DNA of 64,000 nucleotides from NCBI GenBank assembly GCA_031549085.1, contig JAVBQL010000020.1, positions 1,163 to 65,162 of the forward strand, given 5' to 3'. Under the pieces are notes generated by a model that was given only the letters and a program-made list of their open reading frames with translations, was not told the DNA's origin and made no database searches. Below, piece by piece: positions 9,641-18,262 of this stretch. Origin of the DNA: Spirochaetota bacterium (lineage in GTDB: Bacteria; Spirochaetota; GWE2-31-10; MWDO01). A program made the position numbers and the translations under genes. Each line of letters starts with the position of its first letter. Position 1 is the stretch's first letter.

Positions 9641-9673
9641 TTAAATATATGTATAATAAGAAATAGGTTAAAA

Positions 9674-10309
9674 CTATATAAAGTATCTAAGTCCTGTTAT
9701 AACCTTGCCAACAATAGCAAAGTTTGCATAGTTAAGTTCATTCTCCCCGCGATCCACAACCTCATCTTTATAGAGGCTGCTGTCTGAAAGAATAATAACT
9801 TTCTTGTTATTAACAAACTGCAACCTTTTAACCATAAGGTTTCCATTTATACTTATAACATAGAGCCCATCAACATCAATTAAATTGAGAATAAAAACAG
9901 CATAGTCTCCATTAAGAAAAGTAGGACTCATAGAGTCACCCTTTACAGTAATGATTAGAGCATTATCAATCATAGCTCTAACATTGTAGTTTCCAAAGAG
10001 ATATCTGTCTGCATCTATATAGTTTATTACGTTTGCTTGATCTTTTATATTAGAAAAAGATGTAATTTTTGAAGCAAGGACAGGAACAGTAACCTTTGTA
10101 TTCCCTTGACTATCACCAAATCCCTTCATTAGCCAATCAAAATTGATGTTAAAGATCTCACATATCTTGAATTTAACATCATCTGGTGTATTTGTTTTAT
10201 TATTTTCGTAATCACTAAGACTTGCCTGCTTGATATTCAAGAGCTTTGCAAGACTTTTTTGATCAATACTGTTCTGTTTTCTTAAGGTTTTTATTTGTTC
10301 ACCAATCAT
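9674..10309 (-). CDS. XRE-HTH / peptidase S24 (LexA/CI-like) self-cleaving repressor
   Basis: N-terminal HTH (IKTLRKQNSIDQKSLAKLLNIKQASLSDYENNK). C-terminal S24 Ser-Lys dyad motifs GDSMSPTF and LMVKRL. SD AAAGGAG. Confidence 0.85.
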   Translation of the reverse strand: MIGEQIKTLRKQNSIDQKSLAKLLNIKQASLSDYENNKTNTPDDVKFKICEIFNINFDWLMKGFGDSQGNTKVTVPVLASKITSFSNIKDQANVINYIDADRYLFGNYNVRAMIDNALIITVKGDSMSPTFLNGDYAVFILNLIDVDGLYVISINGNLMVKRLQFVNNKKVIILSDSSLYKDEVVDRGENELNYANFAIVGKVITGLRYFI

Positions 10310-10544
10310 ACTTCTTAATGCTCCTTTTTTTGTTTAGCAATAAATCTATGATAAAATAGCTTTTTTTTAAAAAAACTATAAAATCTCTACCCAATGTATT
10401 AATAATTCAAATAGCACCACAACTAGACTATGTCTTTTCAAAACCATATCTCTATGATTCTTCCTAAAAAAATAGGTGTTTTTGTGATAGTATACTGTTA
10501 TTAACTTAAGGTGTGAACTTAAGAGAGATAACTATATAATAGTT

Positions 10545-11243
10545 TTAATCTCTTCTTCCAAAGATCCGTAATAAGTATAGAAATATATTAATAAAATCAA
10601 GATATAGAGAGAGCGCTCCAACTATGGCATACTTCCCTCCATCAGGATAATCCTGAAGCTCGAAAGCCATTGATTTTATCTTTTGTGTATCATAGGCGGT
10701 AAGTCCCATGAATACTCCAATACCGACATAACAAATTACATAATCTAGCCAACCACTTCTTAAAAATAAATTAATAACCGTTGCAATTATTACACCTACA
10801 AGAAAGAAAATTAACATCCTTCCGATAGATGTAAGATCTGTCTTTGTAAAGAAGCCATAGAGGCTCATCATTCCAAAGATAAGGGAGGTAATTCCCAAAA
10901 CCATAACAATTGATTTTACAGAGTAGATAAGCAGTACTACTGAAAGTGTCATGCCTGTAAGAGCTGCATAAGAAAAAAAGAGTAATCCAGCTACAAAAGG
11001 GGACATTTTATTTATAAGTGCAGAGAGGAGGATAACCAATCCTAATTGCACAATTATTAAACCAAAAAATAGAACTTGATTTTTTAGGATCGCTGAAAAA
11101 AATGGTGGATTTGAGACAACAAAATATGCAACAACTCCCGACAACATGAGGCCTGCAAACATAAACAAATAGACCCGTTGAAGAAACTTTTGAACAAAAA
11201 TTGATGATTCTTGATATCCATCAACTTGATTCTCATAGTTCAT
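10545..11243 (-). CDS. Bax inhibitor-1/YccA family membrane protein
   Basis: 7-TM profile, with GLTAYDTQKIK and a C-terminal LYLDFINIFLYLLRIFG typical of the BI-1 family. Start placed at ATG 11243 (GGAGGA 7 nt upstream). The track TTG 11267 is possible but less supported. Confidence 0.85.
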   Translation of the reverse strand: MNYENQVDGYQESSIFVQKFLQRVYLFMFAGLMLSGVVAYFVVSNPPFFSAILKNQVLFFGLIIVQLGLVILLSALINKMSPFVAGLLFFSYAALTGMTLSVVLLIYSVKSIVMVLGITSLIFGMMSLYGFFTKTDLTSIGRMLIFFLVGVIIATVINLFLRSGWLDYVICYVGIGVFMGLTAYDTQKIKSMAFELQDYPDGGKYAIVGALSLYLDFINIFLYLLRIFGRRD

Positions 11244-11700
11244 ATAATTTTCCTCCATCCTACTCAAATAATATAGTTATATATTTAATTTGTCAACAGA
11301 AAGATATTTTTTTTAAAAAAAAATTTGTAATAAAACGAATAAATATAACTTTATTTTATTACGAAAAAATATTTTTTTTAATTTTATAAACTTAACTTAC
11401 TTTAAAAATAATTGATTTTGATAGAAATATATTTTTATTAGAATAGAATTTAATATAATTTATCTATAAATAGACTATTTCTATATTTAGAACACGATTT
11501 AAACGATAATTAAATAACAAATAAAAACAGATGTGTTTTTTTTAAAACAGTTTTAGATCTATTTTGAAAATATTTTTTTTTATTGGAAAAGCCTATTTAC
11601 TATATTGCTTTTTTTTGCTACTATTTTAAAAAAATAATAATTTAAAGTTTAATTAAAAAATAATATAATATATATGTAGATATTTTAAGGACAATCAACA

Positions 11701-12882
11701 TTGAAAAAGAGAGTTTTGATAATTATAGTCATTATAATAAATGCCACTATGTTATATTCTCAAGCAGATGAACTTAATAAGTTAGATAACTCTTCAGATA
11801 TAACAGAGACACCTATAACTCAAACAGAACAGAATATAACAGAAGAACAAAAGACCCCAGCAAAAAAAGAAAAAACCAAAAAAACTAACCCTCCACCAGC
11901 TAAAAGTAGACCTGCTGTAACTAAAACCAATAAAAAAGAGGCTGTTCCTCCTGTCCAAAATATAGTTCATGATGTCTCTTCTGATAACAGCAGTGATAAC
12001 ATTGCTATTATTACTGTTGTAGATCCAACAGGGGATATTATTAAAGAGGAGATCATCGTTACTAAAAATGATCTAAGCAATGATGAAGTTGTAATACACC
12101 CCTCTCCTATAAATGAGGCAGACTTTAAAAATATAGATGTAAGAATAACACCAGTTGTTACAGAAGAAATTATGATTGTAAGAGATGATAAAAGTAGCAC
12201 CATTAAAGACTTTGGAGATCCTAGAGACTACTTTGTAACTGATATAAAACTAAAACAAATAACAAAAAATGAGACACAGCTGCAAATATTTGATCGCAGT
12301 AACAAGAATACATTGGGCTTCTTCTCTATAATGAGAGAGACAGCAACTAAAAACTCCTTTAATAATACAATATTAACGGATGTCTACTATGTATCAGACC
12401 ATGCCCTTGAACCAATCGCTGGGCGTGCTAGTCAGCGTGAGGTGGGGTTCTTATCTGTCTATTACAATAAGTATATGGCAAGCCTTGGTGGAACAATCTC
12501 AACATCTATTATAGATTTTCTTGTCCTTGGCGGAGGAGCTGCTCTTGTTGCAACGGCATTCATTCTCTGCGATCAAAATACAGAGGGGGGGCTTGGAAGC
12601 GACCCGATAGGCACACTTGCAAATAGCAGCAACTCTCAACTATATCTGCCTCTATTTATAGGTGGAATTGCAGCGATGTCATATGCAGTGATATTCTCTG
12701 CAGTTGTTATTGTAAATGCTGTCTTCACTGCAAGATACTACAGCAGTTATAAGTTTATAAAAAATAATATTATAAGAGCTCTAAATTATGCCAGAAACCC
12801 TATAACAATAAAAGATGCAGATGGAGATCCAATAGTTAAAATTGGATTTGATTTAAGAATTAGTCCTCCTAATTTTCAGTAA
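11701..12882 (+). CDS. Secreted/membrane hypothetical protein with K/P/T-rich low-complexity region and C-terminal TM helices
   Basis: 393 aa, TTG start with AAGGA 9 nt upstream. N-terminal signal-like MKKRVLIIIVIIINATMLYSQA. Low-complexity stretch PAKKEKTKKTNPPPAKSRPAVTKTNKK. Two C-terminal hydrophobic helices. Confidence 0.65.
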   Translation: MKKRVLIIIVIIINATMLYSQADELNKLDNSSDITETPITQTEQNITEEQKTPAKKEKTKKTNPPPAKSRPAVTKTNKKEAVPPVQNIVHDVSSDNSSDNIAIITVVDPTGDIIKEEIIVTKNDLSNDEVVIHPSPINEADFKNIDVRITPVVTEEIMIVRDDKSSTIKDFGDPRDYFVTDIKLKQITKNETQLQIFDRSNKNTLGFFSIMRETATKNSFNNTILTDVYYVSDHALEPIAGRASQREVGFLSVYYNKYMASLGGTISTSIIDFLVLGGGAALVATAFILCDQNTEGGLGSDPIGTLANSSNSQLYLPLFIGGIAAMSYAVIFSAVVIVNAVFTARYYSSYKFIKNNIIRALNYARNPITIKDADGDPIVKIGFDLRISPPNFQ

Positions 12883-13041
12883 TATTTGATTATTCTTAAA
12901 AACAGAGAGAGCTCTATCCAAAACTTTGCTAACTTGTCTTTTATCTTCAAACAAAAAAATGTATAATATTATGGATTTGACATATTATTATATTTGAGTT
13001 ATTTTAAGCTTTATTAATATAGAAGGCTTGGAGCGAAAATA

Positions 13042-14001
13042 GTGGGTAAAGAATTTGTACTTCCAAATGGAAGACATGCAATCGTAAAATCTATCTCTTT
13101 TTTTGATTCTGGAAATATCCAATCAGTCATTCTCTCTCATGGCTCAAGTTTTTTTGTTACACTCCCAAACACAAAAATGGTAAAACCTGCAGAGCTTGGA
13201 TTTGACGAGCATGGGAATATAAACTTCGTAAAACTTAATAAAGATGAGATTGTCATAATAAATGTTCCTTCAGGAAGCGGAAAAAAGATAAAGGTTACTG
13301 AGGTTGGTTTTAATAGTGCTGGAAACTTTATCCACTTCAAATTGCCATATGGTGATAATATAGATATTGAACTCCCTAATGGTACACATGTAAAAGTTAT
13401 CGAGGTTAGCTACTATGATACAGGAGAGATAAGTGATGTAACTCTTCTATATGGAGAACATCTGACAATTGATGGAGAGCGGGTTCGGGTTAGAAGAGCC
13501 TCTTTCTATATAAATGGTAAGATGAAAAAGGTCTACTTTACCTTTGGGGAGGCTATAACTATAGATGGACGTACGGTCTTTCCAAAAGAGGTTGAATATT
13601 ATGAAAATGGAGAGATCAGAGCCTTTGTTCTTGGTGATGGGCATAGCTTCTCTCTAATAGTGCCAAAAACAAGAGAAGAAATTAGAGTATCATCAGCGAT
13701 ATTCTACTTTTCTATGGATCTTCAGGAGATAAAACCACTCCCCGGAGAGATTGTTACTCTTCCTGATGGAAGAAAGGTAGAGGTTACCAGCGTCTCCTTT
13801 ACTGAATATGGGAACATAGACCGGGTAAAGATGTATACTGGTGAAATAAAGAGCTTTAAAAATGAGTCCGAAAGAATCAGCAGCCACATAGAGATTGATG
13901 ATGACTTCTCAGATATGGATGATGATTATGGCTATGATGAAGAGAACTCTTATAGTTTGGATAGAATAGATGATGAAGATGAACCTCAAATAAGCTTATA
14001 G
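13042..14001 (+). CDS. LPxG...FYxNGxI tandem-repeat protein with highly acidic C-terminal tail (no signal peptide)
   Basis: 319 aa, GTG start with GGAG 8 nt upstream. Repeats include FVLPNGRHAIVKSISFFDSGNIQSV, IELPNGTHVKVIEVSYYDTGEISDV and VTLPDGRKVEVTSVSFTEYGNIDRV. Tail: DDDFSDMDDDYGYDEENSYSLDRIDDEDE. Confidence 0.8.
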   Translation: MGKEFVLPNGRHAIVKSISFFDSGNIQSVILSHGSSFFVTLPNTKMVKPAELGFDEHGNINFVKLNKDEIVIINVPSGSGKKIKVTEVGFNSAGNFIHFKLPYGDNIDIELPNGTHVKVIEVSYYDTGEISDVTLLYGEHLTIDGERVRVRRASFYINGKMKKVYFTFGEAITIDGRTVFPKEVEYYENGEIRAFVLGDGHSFSLIVPKTREEIRVSSAIFYFSMDLQEIKPLPGEIVTLPDGRKVEVTSVSFTEYGNIDRVKMYTGEIKSFKNESERISSHIEIDDDFSDMDDDYGYDEENSYSLDRIDDEDEPQISL

Positions 14002-14852
14002 GTTGGTAGAACCTTTGCTGATAACTCTCCAAGCATCGCTTCCAAAAAGATCCCCTCTCTATGAGGAGTCCCATTTTTATAGGTTCTCTCTATTACCTTA
14101 TATATAAAGCTTGTTGCTCTATCCAAAGCCATAGGAAGTGAATCTCCCTGTAAAAGAGCACCCAATAGTACACTTGTAAATGTATCCCCACTGCCTGTAT
14201 AGCTTGCAGGAATTAGAGAATTTTTTACTATAAAGAATTCACCAGTGGTACTATTATATGCAGCATTACAAACAATATTGCTACCCTTATCTTCAACAAC
14301 ACTTGTTATAATAACAATCTTTGGCCCATATTTGGAGAGCCTCAAGAGCCACTCTTTAACCTCTGATAGAGAGAGAGTATCTCTCATTGGTTCATTAAGT
14401 AAAAATGCTGCCTCTGTTATGTTTGGAACTATCATATCTGCCTTTTTTATAAGGTTTCTCATCTCAACAACAATATCTTCATTAAAAGCACTATATATTT
14501 TCCCATTATCTGCAAAAACTGGGTCAACAACCACAAGATTGTTATCTCTTTTAAATAGATCTATAAACTTGCTTACCACTGCTATCTGCTGTGAGCTCCC
14601 AAGAAAACCAGTGTATATAGCATCAAACTCAACATTAAGCTTTTTCCAATGGGTGAAAAAGCTCTCCATATGCTCTGTAAAATCAACAAACTCATAATTT
14701 TCAAAACCTGTATGAGCAGAGAGAAGCGAAGTAATAAGCGGACAAACTTGTATTCCCATGCTTGATAGAATTGGAATAATAACGGTCTGGGAGCATCTTC
14801 CAAAACCAGATATATCATGAACAGATGCAACTCTTTTTATATAGTTATCCAT
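13986..14852 (-). CDS. pdxK: Pyridoxal/pyridoxamine kinase (ribokinase superfamily)
   Basis: 288 aa. The N-terminus KRVASVHDISGFGRCSQTVIIPILSSMGIQVCPL, plus VVDPVFADNGK and TGSGDTFTSVLLGALLQG, are typical of PdxK/PdxY-type kinases. Confidence 0.8.
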   Translation of the reverse strand: MDNYIKRVASVHDISGFGRCSQTVIIPILSSMGIQVCPLITSLLSAHTGFENYEFVDFTEHMESFFTHWKKLNVEFDAIYTGFLGSSQQIAVVSKFIDLFKRDNNLVVVDPVFADNGKIYSAFNEDIVVEMRNLIKKADMIVPNITEAAFLLNEPMRDTLSLSEVKEWLLRLSKYGPKIVIITSVVEDKGSNIVCNAAYNSTTGEFFIVKNSLIPASYTGSGDTFTSVLLGALLQGDSLPMALDRATSFIYKVIERTYKNGTPHREGIFLEAMLGELSAKVLPTYKLI

Positions 14853-15041
14853 AAAAAAATCTCCAAATTTAGAGGAAGAATAAAATTTAAAAACTCTCTT
14901 GTCAATTATTTATAAACTATTTTTTTTAGAAAAAACAATCTTAACTATTTTTTGGAAATAGCTAAGATTGTAAAATCGTTTTTATTACAACTTCTTAAAA
15001 ATAAACTTGACTACAAAACGCTTAAATTATAATATTGTTAT

Positions 15042-15881
15042 ATGAAACAAATAAGAAAACATCAAATTATTAATATTATACTCTTTTCTTTTGCTTTGGC
15101 CCTTTTCTCCTGTGATTCTGCAGCAGTAGAGGAGACATATACAATCCCTCTCCCTGATGTGGAGTTTAAAGATGGAAAAAAAACTACAGAGTATAGTGAT
15201 ATGGGCTATTTTGAAAGCAAAATATGGTATGTTAAATTTAAGAGAACTGAGCAGATAAAATTGGCTGATGGACAGATCTTCTATGCAAATGAAATTTGGT
15301 ATGCTAAAGAGAGAGAAAAACTGCTTAGACTTGTCAATAGTGAAAGTGGCTCTATATTAACATTACCAAATGAAAATGTCCCAAGGGTAATAAAAGAGGT
15401 TGTCTTTAAAGAAGACAAGACAATTCACTATGCATTTATCTCTGGTGTAGAGAACTATTATAAAATCTATCTTGACAATGGTGATACCATCTTTGCAGCA
15501 AAAGTGGTGCGAAATGACAATAGCAACCCTACCCTTAGAAACGAATATCAAATATCAGAGATCTCAAGTATCATAAGTGGTGAAACATATTGGATTCCAT
15601 ATCCATCTGGATCTGGTCAACAAATTGCGGCAACAAAGATATATTTTTCTGCTGGAGTTTTAGTATCACTATATAGTGTCTCTGGAACCAATTTTGCTCT
15701 GCCCGGTGGCACTCCTGCAAAAATTGACGCAATATCATTTTATCCAAGTGGAAAGATTAAGAGAGTCAATTTACAGCAAACCCCTCTCCAGTCAATACCT
15801 ATTATAGTCAGTGGCAATAGTGTCAATGCGACAAAATATATTGAGTATAATGAAGATGAGACCGCAAAAAGTTATGAATAG
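15042..15881 (+). CDS. Lipoprotein, divergent member of the LPxGQ...FYxxGxI repeat family
   Basis: Signal peptide with lipobox LALFSC. Repeats include IKLADGQIFYANEIWYAKEREKL and FALPGGTPAKIDAISFYPSGKIKRV. Confidence 0.75.
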   Translation: MKQIRKHQIINIILFSFALALFSCDSAAVEETYTIPLPDVEFKDGKKTTEYSDMGYFESKIWYVKFKRTEQIKLADGQIFYANEIWYAKEREKLLRLVNSESGSILTLPNENVPRVIKEVVFKEDKTIHYAFISGVENYYKIYLDNGDTIFAAKVVRNDNSNPTLRNEYQISEISSIISGETYWIPYPSGSGQQIAATKIYFSAGVLVSLYSVSGTNFALPGGTPAKIDAISFYPSGKIKRVNLQQTPLQSIPIIVSGNSVNATKYIEYNEDETAKSYE

Positions 15882-15928
15882 AGAGCGAAAAAACAGATAA
15901 TTTTTTTATTTTAATAGGAGTTAAAAAA

Positions 15929-16426
15929 GTGAAAAGATATATGAAATATTTTTTATTTATATACATACTTATAATGTTACTATCATGCGCGGAGGAGACC
16001 ATCCCAGAGTTTGATGTAACTCTTCCAGATGGACAGGTAGTAAAAGCCACCCTTGTAGAAAAATACTCTAGTGGAAGTGTAAATTATGTAGATGTTGTAA
16101 GTGGGCAAACGATAGTCTATACAAAAGAGAATAAAACTCAAACAATATATCCAAAGCAGTTGGCATACTATCTGAATGGGGATTATAGAAGAATCTTTAT
16201 TGAGAGTGGTCACTATATAGAGGTAGAAATAACAAACATGATTACCACTGTAAAAGCACAAGATGTCTACTACTTGTTGGAGACCTTAGAGACAGAATCA
16301 AAATTGGAAAGAATATATTTCTCATCAGTACAGACACCAGTAGATGTCACCATTAATGGAGTAACAAAAACAGCTAAAAGTTATATAAAACTCGATAGTA
16401 CTGGAGCTGTTGTAGATGCCTATTAA
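15929..16426 (+). CDS. Small lipoprotein of the LPxGQ repeat family
   Basis: GTG start with TAGGAG 8 nt upstream, lipobox IMLLSC, and VTLPDGQVVKATLVEKYSSGSVNYV. Confidence 0.75.
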   Translation: MKRYMKYFLFIYILIMLLSCAEETIPEFDVTLPDGQVVKATLVEKYSSGSVNYVDVVSGQTIVYTKENKTQTIYPKQLAYYLNGDYRRIFIESGHYIEVEITNMITTVKAQDVYYLLETLETESKLERIYFSSVQTPVDVTINGVTKTAKSYIKLDSTGAVVDAY

Positions 16427-16489
16427 AAAATAGGGTATTTAAGAGTCCTTTATTAGTTAACATCCATCAAGCCCCCCTGTCAACAATTA

Positions 16490-16537
16490 AAAAACAGTAA
16501 ATAGACAATATTGTTTAGTTTGCTGTTTTTTAAAAAA
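16490..16537. terminator. Long imperfect hairpin with flanking A/T runs (bidirectional terminator candidate)
   Basis: AAAAACAGTAAATAGACAAT/ATTGTTTAGTTTGCTGTTTTT, followed by TAAAAAAA. It lies downstream of both 15929..16426 (+) and the micro-ORF 16589..16669 (-). Confidence 0.45.
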
Positions 16538-16588
16538 ATTAAAAAGTTTTTCCCAAATACCCTCTAATTTTTTTAGAAAAAAGATTTT

Positions 16589-16669
16589 TTACCAATGTGT
16601 AGCTCTTCTACCTTTTAAAAAACATAGACCTAAAATAGATAAAAAGATAAATAGAAAGAATTTTCTCAT
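16589..16669 (-). CDS. Candidate 26-codon micro-gene: lipoprotein-signal-like hydrophobic peptide MRKFFLFIFLSILGLCFLKGRRATHW
   Basis: Not in the ORF track (<60 aa). AGGAG lies 6 nt upstream of the ATG. A TTGCCT-N17-TATAAA promoter lies at 16731-16703, and the bidirectional hairpin 16490-16530 lies downstream. ILGLC resembles a lipobox. Confidence 0.4.
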   Translation of the reverse strand: MRKFFLFIFLSILGLCFLKGRRATHW

Positions 16670-16702
16670 CTTAATCTCCTCAATGATAAAATCATCTTTA
16701 TA

Positions 16703-16731
16703 TTTATATTACAAAGTTTAATTAAAGGCAA
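16703..16731 (-). promoter_or_regulatory. Promoter candidate of the micro-ORF
   Basis: On the minus strand: TTGCCT (16731-26), N17, TATAAA (16708-03). Confidence 0.3.
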
Positions 16732-16849
16732 GACATTTTGTCTATTTTTTTACAAAAATTTATTTGGTAAAAAAGAAAATTTGTTTATTAATTGAACCCA
16801 ATTTTTAATTTGACAAGAAGTAATAAATGTATTAAAAATAATTAGAGCG

Positions 16850-16953
16850 GATGAGTCCATAAACAATTAAACAAGATATTCCAAACAGAAAAGATAAGGT
16901 CAGATTAATAAACTTTTAAGAAGGAATAAAAATTGGCAATTTATGGACTCATC
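16850..16953. repeat. CCATAAA/TTTATGG long-range inverted repeat, copy b
   Basis: A 14-bp perfect repeat, GATGAGTCCATAAA (16850-63) / TTTATGGACTCATC (16940-53), with a 76-nt spacer. Confidence 0.65.
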
Positions 16954-17019
16954 TGTTCTAACTATAAAAAATAATCCTACATCAACAAAATCGCACACAA
17001 ATCATCTATTTCATAAAAA

Positions 17020-17290
17020 TCAACAGAGTGGTGTTTTTGGGTCTCCTTTCAATTATAAATTATCTTTTACGGGGAAAATAGGCCCGTAAAAGTAAAGTCA
17101 CACGACTGAATACTCTGTTTAAGAGACCCAAAGGAAAGAATAAGCAGTCCATTACAATTACGGACCTGTCTAATTAGGCCATATAGACGCATGCACCTAA
17201 ATATAGAGCTGCCTTGTTTTGGGTCTCTTTTATAATCCAATCTGTGTGTACTAATTTCAGTCTTTCTGGAGTGTGAATCCTAAAAAAAAC
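17020..17290. other. GC-enriched structured non-coding island (unassigned RNA or element)
   Basis: No ORF. A perfect 10-bp hairpin, CTTTTACGGG/CCCGTAAAAG, lies at 17065-94. TTTGGGTCTC (17036-45) and GAGACCCAAA (17123-32) pair. A second TTTTGGGTCTC at 17217-27 forms a direct repeat with the first. Confidence 0.35.
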
Positions 17291-17591
17291 TAAAATTACT
17301 TAATTTATTAAATTATAAACCTATTCAATATAAAAAGCAACTTTTTTTATGAAAATCTATTTTCAATGTAAAATTACAATGAATAAATACAATACTAAAA
17401 GAATATTAATAGATCGTAGATAAAACAAAAATTATTGATACAAACTTATCTTTACCTTTCAAATCTAAAAATATTATTTTATAAAAATAGAGTTAAATAA
17501 AATAGTATCTTTTTACAAAAAATCACTAAAACGATTCTTGCCTATAAACCATATTATTACTCAATAGTCAAGAGATATAATTTAAACTATA

Positions 17592-17623
17592 TAAAAAAAG
17601 ACTCTCTAGAAATTCTAGAGAGT
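17592..17623 (-). terminator. Rho-independent terminator of 17636..18262
   Basis: Perfect palindrome GACTCTCTAGAA/TTCTAGAGAGTC, followed on the minus strand by T7-8. Confidence 0.7.
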
Positions 17624-17635
17624 CCCTTTAATTAA

Positions 17636-18262
17636 TCAATTAATAAACAGCTCTTTTCCATCTAAGCTAATTCGAAACTCTGAATCTTCATAAAAGGCCT
17701 TTGCTTCTCCATCTTCGAAGCTATGAATATAGTCATATTTGAACTTTACTAACTCTTTTCCTTTTAGATCTATTACTCCCCAAGATGATTTATATTGTGC
17801 TCTTGCAACACCTTTATCAAAATTGCGAACCTTATCATAAATGAGTGAAATTACCTCACCCCCCTTTTCATCTATAAATCCCCATTTGTTCTCTTTTTTT
17901 ACGCCAGCAAGCCCATCATAAAAGTCATATATCTCATCATATTTTGGTGAGACAATCTCTTTGCCTTTGATGTCGACAATACCCCACTTTCCATTTAACT
18001 TAACATTTGCAAAACCATTCGTAAAAAAAGTAGCATCATCATAAATAGGCTTAACAATCTCCTCTCCGGATCTATTTACATAGCCTATTTTACCATTAAA
18101 TACTACTGCTGAAAGTCCATCTATAAAACCATGCACTTTCTCATACTTTGCCTCTACGATCTCAACACCATCTTTATTAATAAATCCCCATTTATCATTT
18201 TTAAACAGTGGTGCAACATCCTCGTAGTAATCACCAATTTTACAGTTTTTTTCTTTGAACAT
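17636..18262 (-). CDS. WG-repeat protein (cytoplasmic, no signal peptide)
   Basis: 208 aa with 6 tandem units such as KWGFINKDGVEIVEAKYEKVHGFIDGLSAV and KWGIVDIKGKEIVSPKYDEIYDFYDGLAGV. Confidence 0.85.
   Translation of the reverse strand: MFKEKNCKIGDYYEDVAPLFKNDKWGFINKDGVEIVEAKYEKVHGFIDGLSAVVFNGKIGYVNRSGEEIVKPIYDDATFFTNGFANVKLNGKWGIVDIKGKEIVSPKYDEIYDFYDGLAGVKKENKWGFIDEKGGEVISLIYDKVRNFDKGVARAQYKSSWGVIDLKGKELVKFKYDYIHSFEDGEAKAFYEDSEFRISLDGKELFIN

Noticed and set aside
11201-11389. 62-aa plus-strand ORF across the BI-1 gene start, and the similar 21925..22137 and 13877..14074 ORFs at gene junctions.
   Set aside because: They overlap the 5' or 3' ends of supported genes on the opposite strand, have no SD and give low-complexity translations.
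16943-17090. ORFs initiating at the ATG embedded in the TTTATGG hairpin arms (e.g. a 49-codon frame from 16943, a 31-codon frame from 4027).
   Set aside because: The ATG is a by-product of the conserved palindromic core. The resulting frames range from 4 to 49 codons, share no sequence between copies, and occur on both strands.
17020-17290. Assignment of the GC-enriched island to tmRNA, RNase P RNA, SRP RNA or a tRNA.
   Set aside because: By eye I found no GGTTCGA-type T-loop, no CCA-ended acceptor pairing, no GAGGAAAGTCC (RNase P CR-I) and no SRP domain IV motif. The region is kept as unassigned rather than named.
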